From positions 1 through 62,576 of the forward strand of contig CAZPDU010000240.1 in NCBI GenBank assembly GCA_964585405.1: a stretch of 62,576 bases of DNA, read 5' to 3'. This DNA comes from an uncultured Thermodesulfobacteriaceae bacterium (GTDB lineage Bacteria > Desulfobacterota > Dissulfuribacteria > Dissulfuribacterales > UBA3076). Positions 19,385 through 29,853 of the stretch are shown here, piece by piece. The position numbers and the translations under genes are program-made. Position 1 is the stretch's first letter, and each line of letters starts with the position of its first letter. The notes below the pieces were generated by a model. It made no database searches and was not told the DNA's origin. It was given only the letters and a program-made list of their open reading frames with translations.

Positions 19385-20173
19385 TTGATTAATTTGCTGA
19401 CATTCATTGGGCACGCTCTGGTCTTTTTGCTGGGTACCTGTATAGGCAGCTTTTTGAATGTGTGCATATGCCGGTTGCCTCAGAATATGTCGATAGTAAA
19501 ACCCGGTTCTGCCTGCCCGAAATGTGGTCACAGGCTGAAATGGTGGGAGAACATCCCGATACTGAGTTTTTTGTTTCTAAAGGGTAAATGCAGATCTTGC
19601 GGGAAGGGGATCTCCTTGAGGTATCCCACAGTAGAGTTATTAAGTGGTCTTCTGGCCCTTGCGCTTTGGTATAGGTTTGGCTTTGGCCCTGAATTTTTTA
19701 TTTATTTTTATTTTTCAGCATGTCTCATAATTGTGACATTTGTTGATTTTTCGCATCAAATCATTCCGGACGCCGTGTCTTTGTCTGGAATCGCCGTTGG
19801 TTTCCTTTCTTCCTTTTTGCTTCCCGGATTGTCGTGGTGGGATTCTCTGCTGGGGATATTAATGGGTGGTGGCATCTTGTTTCTTGTGGCATGGGGATAT
19901 TATATTTTAGCTCACCGGGAGGGAATGGGAGGTGGAGACATCAAACTCCTTGCCATGATAGGTGCCTTTTTGGGCTGGCAGGCGATACCGCTTGTGATCT
20001 TTTTGAGTGCTGCGGTGGGTTCAGTTGCTGGCCTGGCTTTAATGTCAGTCCATAAAGGAGATAGACACATGGCTATATCTTACGGTCCCTTTTTGGCTGG
20101 GGCTGCTCTTATAACACTGTTTTGGGGACGTGAACTTACAGCCTGGTATTTGGTTTTTATCTCCAGAGGCTAA
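19385..20173 (+). CDS. pilD: prepilin peptidase (A24 family)
   Basis: 262 aa. N-terminal Cys pairs CPKCGH...CRSCGK, a polytopic membrane body and the GGGDIKL Asp motif. TTG start preceded by GAGGAA. Confidence 0.85.
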   Translation: MINLLTFIGHALVFLLGTCIGSFLNVCICRLPQNMSIVKPGSACPKCGHRLKWWENIPILSFLFLKGKCRSCGKGISLRYPTVELLSGLLALALWYRFGFGPEFFIYFYFSACLIIVTFVDFSHQIIPDAVSLSGIAVGFLSSFLLPGLSWWDSLLGILMGGGILFLVAWGYYILAHREGMGGGDIKLLAMIGAFLGWQAIPLVIFLSAAVGSVAGLALMSVHKGDRHMAISYGPFLAGAALITLFWGRELTAWYLVFISRG

Positions 20174-20193
20174 AGACGTTCTGTAAAAAGAGG

Positions 20194-21618
20194 ATGTTAA
20201 GAAAGTTTTCTGATCAGGAAAATACCGTGGGTAAACGTCGGATTCTAGTTATTGATGATGAATATGACGTAAGGAATATAGTTGCCGGCATATTGACTTC
20301 TAAAAAGGCCGGATACGATGTTGTCCAGGCGGCTAATACCATTGAAGGACTGGATCTGGCACAAAAACAGTCCTTTGATCACATTATTAGTGATATTTAC
20401 ATGCAGCCTGAGGACGGGCTCCAATTTCTAAAAAAAGCCAAGGACGCCGGCATATCGGCCAATATCATAATGATGTCCGGCCAGGCCGATATTGATATGG
20501 CCCTTGAGGCTATAAAGATAGGGGCGTGTGATTTTATCTTTAAACCCTTAGTGTCTGAACATCTGCTTTTCGTATTGCGCAGGGCTGAGGAAAAGACCAT
20601 AATCCTAAAAGAAAATGCCTTTTTAAAGGCAGAGGTACAAGAAAAATATTCGTTTCACAATATTGTTGCCAAGAGTCCTCAGATTAGACACATTTTTGAG
20701 GTCATTCAAAGGGTATCGGATTACAAGACAACGGTGCTGATAACCGGTGAGAGCGGTACAGGAAAAGAACTTGTAGCGAAGGCAATTCACTTTAATAGCA
20801 TCAGGTCGAAGGCACCGTTTGTACCAATTAATTGCGGGGGCATCCCTGAGAATCTGCTTGAAAGTGAACTATTCGGTTATGTAAAAGGGGCCTTCACAGA
20901 TGCTGTCAAGGCCAAAAAGGGACTCTTTGAAGAGGCCAATAAGGGGACACTGTTTTTAGATGAGTTGGGTGAGATGCCTTTGGCTCTGCAGGTCAGGCTT
21001 TTGAGGGTGCTGCAGGAAGAAGAGGTGAGACCTTTGGGCGATACGCGCTGTATCCAGGTAGATGTGCGGATAGTGGCGGCCACTGCAAAGGATCTTGCAC
21101 AAGAGGTGAATAAAGGCAATTTCAGAGAGGACCTGTTTTACAGAATAAATGTGCTCACAATAGTTATACCTGCCCTGAGAGACAGGAAAGAGGATATTCC
21201 ATTACTGGTTGATCACTTTATAAAAAGGTATAATTTACGCTTGAATAAGAAGGTGGAGGGGGCCAGTCCTGAGGTGATACAAGTTTTTCTGGAGTACAGG
21301 TGGCCTGGTAATGTCCGTGAGCTTGAAAATGCCATAGAAAGAGCAATGGTCTATTCGGATACCTCAATAATACATATTGGCGATCTTCCGCCTCATATAA
21401 AGGCAGGTCTTGAAGACGAAGGCACGCCTCCTCTATCAGGCCTTGATATATCAGACTTTTCCATTAAGAAGAGCAGCAAGATTCTGGAGCGAGAACTTAT
21501 ATTAAAGGCACTCGACAAAACCAGAGGCAATAAAACCAAGGCCTCCCGTCTTCTTGAGATCAGCCTGCCCGCCCTTTTATACAAGATGAAGGACTATGGT
21601 CTTGAGACAGAATTTTAG
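20194..21618 (+). CDS. sigma54-dependent response regulator (NtrC/PilR-like bEBP)
   Basis: 474 aa. Receiver domain, GESGTGKE Walker A, GAFTDA loop and C-terminal HTH. Confidence 0.9.
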   Translation: MLRKFSDQENTVGKRRILVIDDEYDVRNIVAGILTSKKAGYDVVQAANTIEGLDLAQKQSFDHIISDIYMQPEDGLQFLKKAKDAGISANIIMMSGQADIDMALEAIKIGACDFIFKPLVSEHLLFVLRRAEEKTIILKENAFLKAEVQEKYSFHNIVAKSPQIRHIFEVIQRVSDYKTTVLITGESGTGKELVAKAIHFNSIRSKAPFVPINCGGIPENLLESELFGYVKGAFTDAVKAKKGLFEEANKGTLFLDELGEMPLALQVRLLRVLQEEEVRPLGDTRCIQVDVRIVAATAKDLAQEVNKGNFREDLFYRINVLTIVIPALRDRKEDIPLLVDHFIKRYNLRLNKKVEGASPEVIQVFLEYRWPGNVRELENAIERAMVYSDTSIIHIGDLPPHIKAGLEDEGTPPLSGLDISDFSIKKSSKILERELILKALDKTRGNKTKASRLLEISLPALLYKMKDYGLETEF

Positions 21619-21663
21619 TATGCAAAAGGCCTTCCGGCAGAAACCAGTAATCAGGAGTAATTG

Positions 21664-22386
21664 CTAAATCAATCCCACTGACTTCTTCAGTGATTTTACT
21701 TCAGATTCAGTCAATATTCTGTATTTGCCAGGCTGTAATTTCCCAAGTTTTACCGGCCCTATTTTAATACGTACAAGTCTGATTACTGGATGGTTTATCT
21801 TATTTAACATCAACCTTATCTGTCGTTTTCTACCCTCTTTCAGCACAATTTCCAAAATTGTTGAGCGCCTTGTATTTTTTCGTACACTTATTTCACAAGG
21901 CAATGTCATTCTGCCCTCTATATCTATACCCTGTCTGAGAAGTTCCAGCACCGCCTGCGAAGGTCTTCCACGCACGGTTGCCAGGTACGTCTTCGTAGCC
22001 TTGTGGCTTGGATGTAATAGCCTGTGGGTCAATTTCCCGTCATTCGTGAGGAGCAGCAACCCCTCACTGTCTTTGTCAAGACGTCCAACAGGATAGATTC
22101 GCCAGGGGACTTTTCCCAGCAGATCCATTATAGTGTTCCGTCCGTAGGGATCATGGATTGTAGTCAGTATCCCTTTGGGTTTGTTAAGCAAAAGATAAAT
22201 GGGCGAACTTTTACAAATTATCTCGGTCTTATCAACACAGATGACATTCATGTATGGATCTACCTTTGAGCCAAGTTCCTTAACAATTCTGTCATCTACA
22301 GTGACCCGGCCTGAACGGATGAGTGTCTCTGCTTTTCTTCTTGAGCAAACACCGGCATCGGCAAGGTATTTTTGCAGTCTTATCAT
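21664..22386 (-). CDS. pseudouridine synthase, RsuA/RluB family
   Basis: 240 aa. S4 domain (RLQKYLADAGVCSRRKAE) and catalytic motif GRLDKDSEGLLLLTNDG. Confidence 0.85.
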   Translation of the reverse strand: MIRLQKYLADAGVCSRRKAETLIRSGRVTVDDRIVKELGSKVDPYMNVICVDKTEIICKSSPIYLLLNKPKGILTTIHDPYGRNTIMDLLGKVPWRIYPVGRLDKDSEGLLLLTNDGKLTHRLLHPSHKATKTYLATVRGRPSQAVLELLRQGIDIEGRMTLPCEISVRKNTRRSTILEIVLKEGRKRQIRLMLNKINHPVIRLVRIKIGPVKLGKLQPGKYRILTESEVKSLKKSVGLI

Positions 22387-22780
22387 AACTGGCCTATAGT
22401 GATCATCTGGAGCATCAAATATGATATCAGAATTCTACCTTTAAAAAGCAATACGCGTGCATTGCTTTAATTTTTGCATAATGTGAGACATATGATAGTG
22501 AACAATTATCAGATGTGGAAATTTTTATGCCCTGCATCCCGGTCTTTTTGAGCAGGGTAATATTTTTTTTAAGTTCCTGGTCCTTTAATTATATCATAAA
22601 TTTGGAGATTATTGTTTTCCAATGCTATGTCCATATTTTTCAATTTTTCTGATAATCCATTTGATGCCACATTTCAGGAAAGTGGTTGTGAGTTTCGCCA
22701 GTACGAATTACATCTAACCGGAAGGCCGTAAAAGTAATATAAGGTGTGATGGAGGCACGGTTCTGACACGACTATTACTG

Positions 22781-24067
22781 ATGATATATAACCTTATTCA
22801 GGTCACGACCCTGCCGTTCTTGGGTCCTCTGGCCCTGTTATATTTTTTTTCCAGGTCTAAGTATAGGGGCCATTTGGCAGGAAGGCTCGGAAGACTTCCC
22901 GACCTCTCCCCCATCCAAGGGCGGTCTCCAAGAATATGGGTTCATGCCTTGTCAGTTGGGGAAGTAAATGCAGCATCGCCTCTTATAAAGGGTATCTCCC
23001 AAAGATGGCAAGGGGCAGGGATAATCTGTTCTGCCACCACGGCTGCGGGGCTCACTAATCTCAGAAAAAAGCTGGGCCGTACCGCCCATGTGATAACAAC
23101 AGCTCCTTTTGATCTGTTGCCTTTAGTAAATAGAGTAATAAAGGAAATTTCACCTGACTGCTTTATTCTGGTTGAGACGGATATCTGGCCCAACCTGATA
23201 TGGAGCATGAGACAATCAGGTATCCACACAATGTTGGTAAATGGCAGTCTCTCTTCCCTTTCAGCAGGGAGACTTTCACATCTGGGGCCTGTTAAGGACA
23301 TACTATACGGGGGCTTTGATTCGCTCGCCATGCAGTCACCCTATGACAGTAGACGGCTCTTGAAGCTTGGTTGCAATCCGGACAAAGTGAGTGCTCCGGG
23401 AAATCTGAAATACGATATTGAAGTGCCCAAAATTGAAGAATCTGAAAAAGTGCTTCTCAGAAAGGCAACAGGCCTGAAGGATATGTCACCACTCTGGGTG
23501 GCTGGAAGCACGCATCCTGGTGAGGAAAGTTTGATATTTGCCGTCCACAGGGACCTTAAACAGTCGTTCCATGGGCTACAACTTCTCATAGCTCCGAGGG
23601 ACCCAAAACGTGGATTCGAACTGGAAGCTTTAGCTAAAGAGATGGGTTTTAAGGTCGCAAGGCGCAGCAGTATGATTGCGAAGTCGGGTGTGGTAGACAT
23701 AGTGGTATTGGATACGCTTGGGGAGCTTTTAAAGTGCTACAGTCTTTGTGATATAGCATTTGTAGGTGGAACCCTTGTGAATATCGGTGGCCATAATCTT
23801 CTCGAACCGGCAGCTTATGGAGTACCGGTAATCTTTGGTCCTTATGTTGAAAGCGCACGCTCCATAGCGGAAGATCTTCTTGCCTGTGGAGGGGCTAATC
23901 GTGTATCAGGCAAAAAAGAATTGAAAGAGGTTCTAAATAGGCTTTTTCAAAACCCTGGTGAGTGCAGAGATATGGGCAACAAGGCAAAGGCCCTTTTACA
24001 AAAAAATCAGGGTGCTGTCTCCAGGTATCTGGATCTTATAACGAAAGCTCTTGAAAGGATTCAGTGA
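22781..24067 (+). CDS. waaA: 3-deoxy-D-manno-octulosonic acid (Kdo) transferase
   Basis: 428 aa. N-terminal WVHALSVGEVNAASPLI motif and C-terminal GT-B fold region GGTLVNIGGHNLLEPAA. Confidence 0.85.
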   Translation: MIYNLIQVTTLPFLGPLALLYFFSRSKYRGHLAGRLGRLPDLSPIQGRSPRIWVHALSVGEVNAASPLIKGISQRWQGAGIICSATTAAGLTNLRKKLGRTAHVITTAPFDLLPLVNRVIKEISPDCFILVETDIWPNLIWSMRQSGIHTMLVNGSLSSLSAGRLSHLGPVKDILYGGFDSLAMQSPYDSRRLLKLGCNPDKVSAPGNLKYDIEVPKIEESEKVLLRKATGLKDMSPLWVAGSTHPGEESLIFAVHRDLKQSFHGLQLLIAPRDPKRGFELEALAKEMGFKVARRSSMIAKSGVVDIVVLDTLGELLKCYSLCDIAFVGGTLVNIGGHNLLEPAAYGVPVIFGPYVESARSIAEDLLACGGANRVSGKKELKEVLNRLFQNPGECRDMGNKAKALLQKNQGAVSRYLDLITKALERIQ

Positions 24068-24082
24068 TTGAGTGGGTGATTT

Positions 24083-25180
24083 ATGCTGTTGAACCACAAA
24101 ACCTTATCACTTCTCCTGGCACTCGGCAGGCCTCTTTCGCCCCTTTACAGCAGCCTCATGAAGATAAGGGCATTGGCCTACAGTAGGGGATACCTTGTCA
24201 CGAGCAGACTTCCTTGTCCTGTGATAAGCATAGGAAATCTTTCCCTTGGCGGGACAGGAAAGACCCCTCATGTATTAGCCGTTGCTAACTGGCTGAAGAA
24301 CAGCGGGATTAATCCGGCCGTTGTAAGTAGAGGGTATGGTGGAAGGGTGGGGCGCAGCCCTCTTATAGTCTCCGATGGTAAGGATGTGCTGGCTTCACCG
24401 CGGGACGCCGGAGATGAACCAGTAATGATGGCTCAGGTCCTTCTCGATATCCCAGTTGTGGTCGGTTCAGACAGGTTTGCCGCCGGGGAACTGGCTATAG
24501 AGCGCTTTGGTGTACAGGCAATCGTCCTTGACGACGGGTTCCAGTATATGGCCCTTTTCAGGGATGTTGATCTCGTATTATTGCCCGCAATAAATTTTTT
24601 TGGTACGCAGTGGGTATTTCCTGGGGGCGATCTGAGAGAGCCTGTCTCGGGCCTTTCCAGGGCAACTGCGATCCTTCTGACCAAGGCGAATGCATTATCT
24701 CTTGCCGATCAGGAATCAGGCAGGCGGGAGCTTCAGGCGATGATTCCTGGTCGCCCCGTATTTCTGAGTGAGATGCGGGCTTTGAGATTCATTTCAATGG
24801 AGGCGGAAGTGGCAAGTCCTGACGTACTGCAAGGTAAACCGCTATTTGCCTTTTGTGCACTGGCTGATCCAGAATCCTTTTTTACAACCCTGGAAAATCT
24901 CAAGGTGGATGTAAAGGGTAAAGTAGCGTTTCCCGATCACTATTCATATAAGGGGAAAGACTTGATTAAGCTCATGACACAGTGCCGGAGACAGGGAATA
25001 AAGGCACTTGTGACTACAAATAAGGACAGGGTAAAGATAGAGCCTGTTTGGCGTCAGCTTGCCGCCAATGATGAACAACGTCTTCCAATCTGGGTATTGG
25101 AGATAGAGGCCAAACCCGAGGAGGGGCTCTGGAATATGCTCACGGCGTATCTAAATAGTGCAGGGATAGAGGGTAAATAA
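24083..25180 (+). CDS. lpxK: tetraacyldisaccharide 4'-kinase
   Basis: 365 aa with P-loop GNLSLGGTGKTP and SRGYGG, adjacent to waaA. Confidence 0.85.
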   Translation: MLLNHKTLSLLLALGRPLSPLYSSLMKIRALAYSRGYLVTSRLPCPVISIGNLSLGGTGKTPHVLAVANWLKNSGINPAVVSRGYGGRVGRSPLIVSDGKDVLASPRDAGDEPVMMAQVLLDIPVVVGSDRFAAGELAIERFGVQAIVLDDGFQYMALFRDVDLVLLPAINFFGTQWVFPGGDLREPVSGLSRATAILLTKANALSLADQESGRRELQAMIPGRPVFLSEMRALRFISMEAEVASPDVLQGKPLFAFCALADPESFFTTLENLKVDVKGKVAFPDHYSYKGKDLIKLMTQCRRQGIKALVTTNKDRVKIEPVWRQLAANDEQRLPIWVLEIEAKPEEGLWNMLTAYLNSAGIEGK

Positions 25181-25185
25181 GAGAT

Positions 25186-26229
25186 ATGGATATCAGTCTT
25201 TTGAAACGCCTGACCATGGCACCCGGCATTTCCGGTGGGGAAGGAGCGGTAAGAGATATTATTGAGGAAATACTAGAAGGGCTGGCAGCAGAGATCAACA
25301 CGGATGCTATGGGTAGCCTTATCGCAAGGGTTCCAGGAGAAGGGCCGAGGCTGCTCATCGATGCGCATATGGATGAAGTCGGACTCATGGTACAGTACGT
25401 TGATGGATTGGGTTTCATAAAGGCGATAACTGTGGGAGGTATAGATCCTAGGGTGTTATACGGCCAGTCAGTTATTGTCTGGGGGACTAAGCCTTTACCC
25501 GGGATTATAGGCTCGGTGCCGCCGCACCTTTTGTCTGAAAAGGAAGGGCAAAAGGAAAGGGTAATTCCTGTGGATGAGCTGTTTATAGATTTGGGCCTGC
25601 ATCCCGAAGAAGTCAGATCTTATGTCAAGGTCGGTGATCCGGTGACCTTTCCGGGTACATGGTCTGAGAACGATGGCTTTCTTCAGGCCAAGGCCTTTGA
25701 TGACCGTGCGGGATTATTTGTGATGCTTGAGGCCTTGAGGCTGATTCCAAAGCCGGAATGCGATCTGTATCTTTTGGCCTCGGTGCAGGAGGAAGTGGGT
25801 CTGAAAGGTGCAGGACCTGTTGCAAGGAGGATTGATCCTGACCTGGTGCTGGCGCTCGAAGGTACTATGGCCAATGACCTGCCAGGAGTGCCGCCCCATA
25901 ATATATTTGCCCGGCTTGGGGGAGGTCCTGAAATCAGGTTAAGCGATGGAAGATTCCTGGCAGACAGGGCATGGAGTAATTTCCTGATCCATCTGGCCGA
26001 AGAGGCGGGAATTCCGTATCAAGTAGTGGTAAAAAAGGTTGGAGGTACAAATGCCGCGGCTTTGCAGGTGGAAGGTACAGGGGCAAGGGCGGCTGCGCTG
26101 TCTGTACCTGTAAGGTATATTCACGCCCCGGTAAGCTTGTTAAATAAGTCAGACCTGGAGGCGGCTATTGCTTTGGTGGCAAGGGTGCTTAAGGAGGTGA
26201 AACATTTTGAGCCCGATTTATTTTTATGA
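25186..26229 (+). CDS. M42 family metallopeptidase (glutamyl aminopeptidase/FrvX-like)
   Basis: 347 aa. N-terminus LLKRLTMAPGISGGEGAVRD, plus HMDEVG and DDRAG metal-ligand motifs. Confidence 0.85.
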   Translation: MDISLLKRLTMAPGISGGEGAVRDIIEEILEGLAAEINTDAMGSLIARVPGEGPRLLIDAHMDEVGLMVQYVDGLGFIKAITVGGIDPRVLYGQSVIVWGTKPLPGIIGSVPPHLLSEKEGQKERVIPVDELFIDLGLHPEEVRSYVKVGDPVTFPGTWSENDGFLQAKAFDDRAGLFVMLEALRLIPKPECDLYLLASVQEEVGLKGAGPVARRIDPDLVLALEGTMANDLPGVPPHNIFARLGGGPEIRLSDGRFLADRAWSNFLIHLAEEAGIPYQVVVKKVGGTNAAALQVEGTGARAAALSVPVRYIHAPVSLLNKSDLEAAIALVARVLKEVKHFEPDLFL

Positions 26230-26352
26230 GCTACTTATAGCCAGTTATTAGCAGTGCTTGCATATCTCCTCAAATCTTGAGAAAGGTATATGTTACAGAA
26301 CAAAGAATATTTTAACCATCCCCTTATACTTACGCTGCATCATGCCTACCTA

Positions 26353-26976
26353 TTAAGGTATCGTCTTTTGATACATTGAAATTACGACTCCATTAAATAA
26401 CTTTTTGCTGCCTTTAATAAGTGTAAATTTCTCTTTTTTTATTAGACTTAATAATCCACTATTCCTTATGTAGTTTTTAAAGTTAATATAATGTTCTTTG
26501 CCACCCATTCTCTCAATTAGGTTTATCAGTATTTTGATAAATTTATCAGTATTAGTGTCAAAATTATAATCAACAATAAGTATAAATCCCTCTTTTTTAA
26601 TAAGTCTATATACTTCTTCTATAATTTTTTTTTGAGTAATTTTATTCTTTTCATGTAATGCAAAACTGATAATTATAATGTCAAATGATTCATTTTTAAA
26701 ATTTGTTTTTGTTGCATCTCCATTATAAATTTTTATCGAAGAATTATTTTTTTTTGCTATTTCCAACATTTTATTGGATATATCCAGACAATGAAGATCT
26801 TTAAAACCATTTTTTGATAGTAATTTAAGCTGATTGCCAGTACCACAACATAAATCTAAAATTGATTTTTCTTTATATTCCAAAAGCATATTCATTACTG
26901 CAATTCTTATTGGCTTAAGAAAAATATAAAGAACTGGATCATATATTATGGCTATGAAATCATACTCACTTTTCAT
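26353..26976 (-). CDS. class I SAM-dependent methyltransferase (strongly AT-rich gene)
   Basis: 207 aa with motif I ILDLCCGTGN. Codon usage is dominated by A/T-ending codons, unlike both neighbours. Confidence 0.75.
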   Translation of the reverse strand: MKSEYDFIAIIYDPVLYIFLKPIRIAVMNMLLEYKEKSILDLCCGTGNQLKLLSKNGFKDLHCLDISNKMLEIAKKNNSSIKIYNGDATKTNFKNESFDIIIISFALHEKNKITQKKIIEEVYRLIKKEGFILIVDYNFDTNTDKFIKILINLIERMGGKEHYINFKNYIRNSGLLSLIKKEKFTLIKGSKKLFNGVVISMYQKTIP

Positions 26977-27075
26977 TTTATGTGAAATCTATTTATACTA
27001 TTGAACAAATATCAAAAAGTCTGAAAAAAAGGTTGCCTAAAGGCAAAAATAATAAATAAAGAATGAGAGAGACCT

Positions 27076-27741
27076 TTAAACCAAATCCAGCCCGCCTTGG
27101 TTCATTTTGTAATACTTGTTTGACATCGCTTCTATTGTGGAACGAATCTGAGATATTATTATCCATGCCTTGGCAGGGTAGTTGTGCAGCACAGAGATAA
27201 GACGTTTTACTGTTTTTTCGTCAAGACCGGTTGTCGGCTCATCCAACAAAAGGATCTTCGGTCTCATGGACAATATGGTTGCCATGGAGACCAAGCGTTT
27301 TTCCCCGCCTGAGAGTTGATAGGGAACCCTGTTTTTTAGATGGGATATCCCCAGTTTATCCAGTGTCCGCTCTGCCCTGTCTGTTGCCTCATGACGTTTC
27401 ATTCCCATATTTAACGGCCCGAAGGCCACGTCTTCCAATACAGTGGGACAGAAGAGCTGGTCATCAGAGTCTTGAAAGAGCAGGCCTATTGCGCCTCGGA
27501 TTTTTTTAAAGTCCTGCTCGGTTTCGCACCTTTTCCTGAATACGGTTATTTCCCCCTCAGCAGGCTTGAGAAGGCCAAGTATTATGTGGAGTAAAGTTGT
27601 TTTACCTGCACCGTTTTCCCCTAAAAGACCGATTTTGTCACCCTCTTTCAGACTTAAGCTGAGCCCTTTCAGCACAAGATTTCCATTTGGATATGCAAAG
27701 GATATTTTGTTAAGGTTTATCAACTCCATGCTGACGACCAC
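27076..27741 (-). CDS. nikO: ECF-type Ni/Co transporter ATPase
   Basis: Walker A GENGAGKTT, signature LSGGEKR and Walker B LLLDEPT. It overlaps the upstream T-component gene. The true start may be the Met at 27729. Confidence 0.85.
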   Translation of the reverse strand: MVVSMELINLNKISFAYPNGNLVLKGLSLSLKEGDKIGLLGENGAGKTTLLHIILGLLKPAEGEITVFRKRCETEQDFKKIRGAIGLLFQDSDDQLFCPTVLEDVAFGPLNMGMKRHEATDRAERTLDKLGISHLKNRVPYQLSGGEKRLVSMATILSMRPKILLLDEPTTGLDEKTVKRLISVLHNYPAKAWIIISQIRSTIEAMSNKYYKMNQGGLDLV

Positions 27742-28481
27742 TCAACTCCAATTACGAAAAAGAGGTATGCAGTTGCAAGACCCCCCAGGCAGATGTCTGA
27801 AGGGCGGAGTCGAAAATGGGAAAGCAGCCAGAAAGTGCCGTCAAAACCCCTACACAACATTGCCTTTTGCACTCTTTCGCCCCTTTCAAGGCTTTTGATA
27901 AACAAGGTCCCAATAAGATGACCATAAGTTCGATAGGTATGCAGGTTAGACCCCGGTTTGAATCCTCGGACCTTGATAGCCTGATTCATATGATGGAATT
28001 CAGAATCGATAACGTGAAAGTACCTCCAGGAAAAAAATATGAGTTGCACTATCTTGGAAGGGACTCGAAAGTGTGCCAGGGCATGCGCCAGTGAAAATAT
28101 GGTCGATGTAGATAGCAGGGCAAGGTTTGTCAGTATTATCGCGTTGCATTTGAGGGTTATTGAAAAGGCAAGGTTTATGCCCTCGAATGTAATTATAACA
28201 GATCCCCAGTTGACGATGCCGGACCCGGTTGTTGTCCATGGGAGTATTAGCCACAACATCATGACAAAGAGATTAACAACAAACAGACGACGGAATATTT
28301 CCTTTAAAGAAAGGCGGGCCGCCATTACCAGGAGTAAGCCGCCCAACAGGGCAAGGATCTGTCCTACCTGACTTTCGAGCCCCACTATTACAAAGGCATA
28401 TATCACTGCCAGCAGTATCTTTACTCTGGGATCTGCAGAATGAAGTATCGATTTACCTGAGGCAAAACGTTCGCAGGTCAC
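27720..28481 (-). CDS. nikQ: ECF transporter transmembrane (T) component, CbiQ/NikQ
   Basis: 253 aa polytopic membrane protein, located between the M-component and ATPase genes. Confidence 0.8.
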   Translation of the reverse strand: MTCERFASGKSILHSADPRVKILLAVIYAFVIVGLESQVGQILALLGGLLLVMAARLSLKEIFRRLFVVNLFVMMLWLILPWTTTGSGIVNWGSVIITFEGINLAFSITLKCNAIILTNLALLSTSTIFSLAHALAHFRVPSKIVQLIFFSWRYFHVIDSEFHHMNQAIKVRGFKPGSNLHTYRTYGHLIGTLFIKSLERGERVQKAMLCRGFDGTFWLLSHFRLRPSDICLGGLATAYLFFVIGVEWSSAWS

Positions 28482-29113
28482 TTCTTTCGCTTTTTCTGAG
28501 CGAAATATATTGCCAGGCCCATCAGCCCGGCAATATATCCCAACCCGGCAACCACGTCTCTGAATTTTACTCTATCACCCTGTTCAGCCAATCTGAACAG
28601 CTGCTCCTTTATAGGGTTGAGTTTACGGTCAAGAATCTGTTCAAACTCTTTGCTGTTAAAGGCTGTCGTCCCTGTGCCGGCATCTTCAGACGCCTTAAAT
28701 TCTTGTTGGAGTTCAGAATCCTCAGTGGTCTGGAGACCTGCGTGTCCTGCTTCTAATACCCCAGTCCCAGTATGTGATTTCAGATCCTTCACAGATACTA
28801 GCGCCTCAGCCCTGTGTCCCATTCCTGCCTCAAGGATAAGGCGGTAGTTGCCGTCTCGGGGCGGCGTAAAAGATAATTCTCCCTTTTCATTCGTTATTCC
28901 ACGAAAGACCTCTTTGCCTTTAGAGTCAAAAACCCGGATAGTGGAATTTATGGCCTTTTTCCCGCTTGAAAAATAGCCTTCAGCCATGATCATATTGCCT
29001 TCATACCAGGCAAACAGGTTGACTCTATGGGCCTGTGCCGAGCTGCAGAACATAACCAAAATCGGGATTATGATTATAGAGACAAACATCGATTTGGCGG
29101 TGTGAAAGTTCAT
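28478..29113 (-). CDS. accessory component with N- and C-terminal TM segments (NikL-like)
   Basis: 211 aa. A signal/TM segment at the N-terminus, a beta-rich periplasmic part (HRVNLFAWYEG...GMGHRAE) and a C-terminal TM plus KKRKK. It is translationally coupled on both sides. Confidence 0.5.
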   Translation of the reverse strand: MNFHTAKSMFVSIIIIPILVMFCSSAQAHRVNLFAWYEGNMIMAEGYFSSGKKAINSTIRVFDSKGKEVFRGITNEKGELSFTPPRDGNYRLILEAGMGHRAEALVSVKDLKSHTGTGVLEAGHAGLQTTEDSELQQEFKASEDAGTGTTAFNSKEFEQILDRKLNPIKEQLFRLAEQGDRVKFRDVVAGLGYIAGLMGLAIYFAQKKRKK

Positions 29114-29114
29114 A

Positions 29115-29723
29115 TTATTCTTGATGATTTTTAATTACTTCAGATTTTGTCTTTAAGAGAAAAGATATTATCAAAACAGACAGTAAACCCTCGGCTATGG
29201 CAATTGGAATGTGCGCCGCAAAAATGAGCTTACTCAAAGGAATAAAGGGATCTCCGGACATTGACAGAGCGCCTGCTACCATGGCTGCGCTCATAATAAC
29301 CGCACCTGCTCCGGCAACGGCTGTCATAATGAGAGCGCACATACGCGAATCACTGCGCAAGGCTGGTCTTGCCAAAGCACCCATTAATATGGAAGGAAGC
29401 GCCATATTCAGTGTATTGACACCAAGAGTAGTAAATCCGCCGAACTGAAAGAGCACTGCCTGGAAAAACAGACCTATGAAAATTGCAGGGAATGCAGCCC
29501 ATCCCAACAATATACCCAGGATTCCGTTAAGTACCAGATGAGCGTTAGAAGGGCCTATGGGGATATGTACAAGTGATGCCAAAAAGAATGCTGCAGTGAG
29601 CAGGGCTACCTTGGGTATTTCCTGGACATCCATACGGCGCAAACCGATAGCAAGGCCCATGACTGTTCCAGCGCCTCCGGCCAGTAAAACAGGGGCTGTC
29701 AAGACCCCTTCTGAAATATGCAT
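29115..29723 (-). CDS. nikM: ECF substrate-capture component CbiM/NikM
   Basis: 202 aa. It starts MHISEGV, the N-terminal metal-ligand motif of the CbiM/NikM family, and is polytopic. Confidence 0.85.
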   Translation of the reverse strand: MHISEGVLTAPVLLAGGAGTVMGLAIGLRRMDVQEIPKVALLTAAFFLASLVHIPIGPSNAHLVLNGILGILLGWAAFPAIFIGLFFQAVLFQFGGFTTLGVNTLNMALPSILMGALARPALRSDSRMCALIMTAVAGAGAVIMSAAMVAGALSMSGDPFIPLSKLIFAAHIPIAIAEGLLSVLIISFLLKTKSEVIKNHQE

Positions 29724-29853
29724 TTTTTACTTGTTCTTATAAGCGTGTTGGAATAATTCTATACGGCCTTTGGTTCCGGAATCGGGTAGTTATCTCAAAA
29801 TTCAAGAAACAGAAAGGCTGCACTCGGGGAAAGCCCTTTTACCCATGGGGGCA

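Noticed and set aside
19834-20055. An alternative-frame ORF inside pilD, and Gly/Trp-rich alternative frames in other membrane-protein genes.
   Set aside because: These are out-of-frame shadows of clearly identified genes.
22440-22480. The hairpin AAAGCAAT-N8-ATTGCTTT followed by a T-run on the minus strand, between the divergent pseudouridine synthase and waaA genes.
   Set aside because: No upstream minus-strand gene exists for it to terminate. It may be incidental or part of a 5' UTR structure, and the evidence is insufficient for a call.
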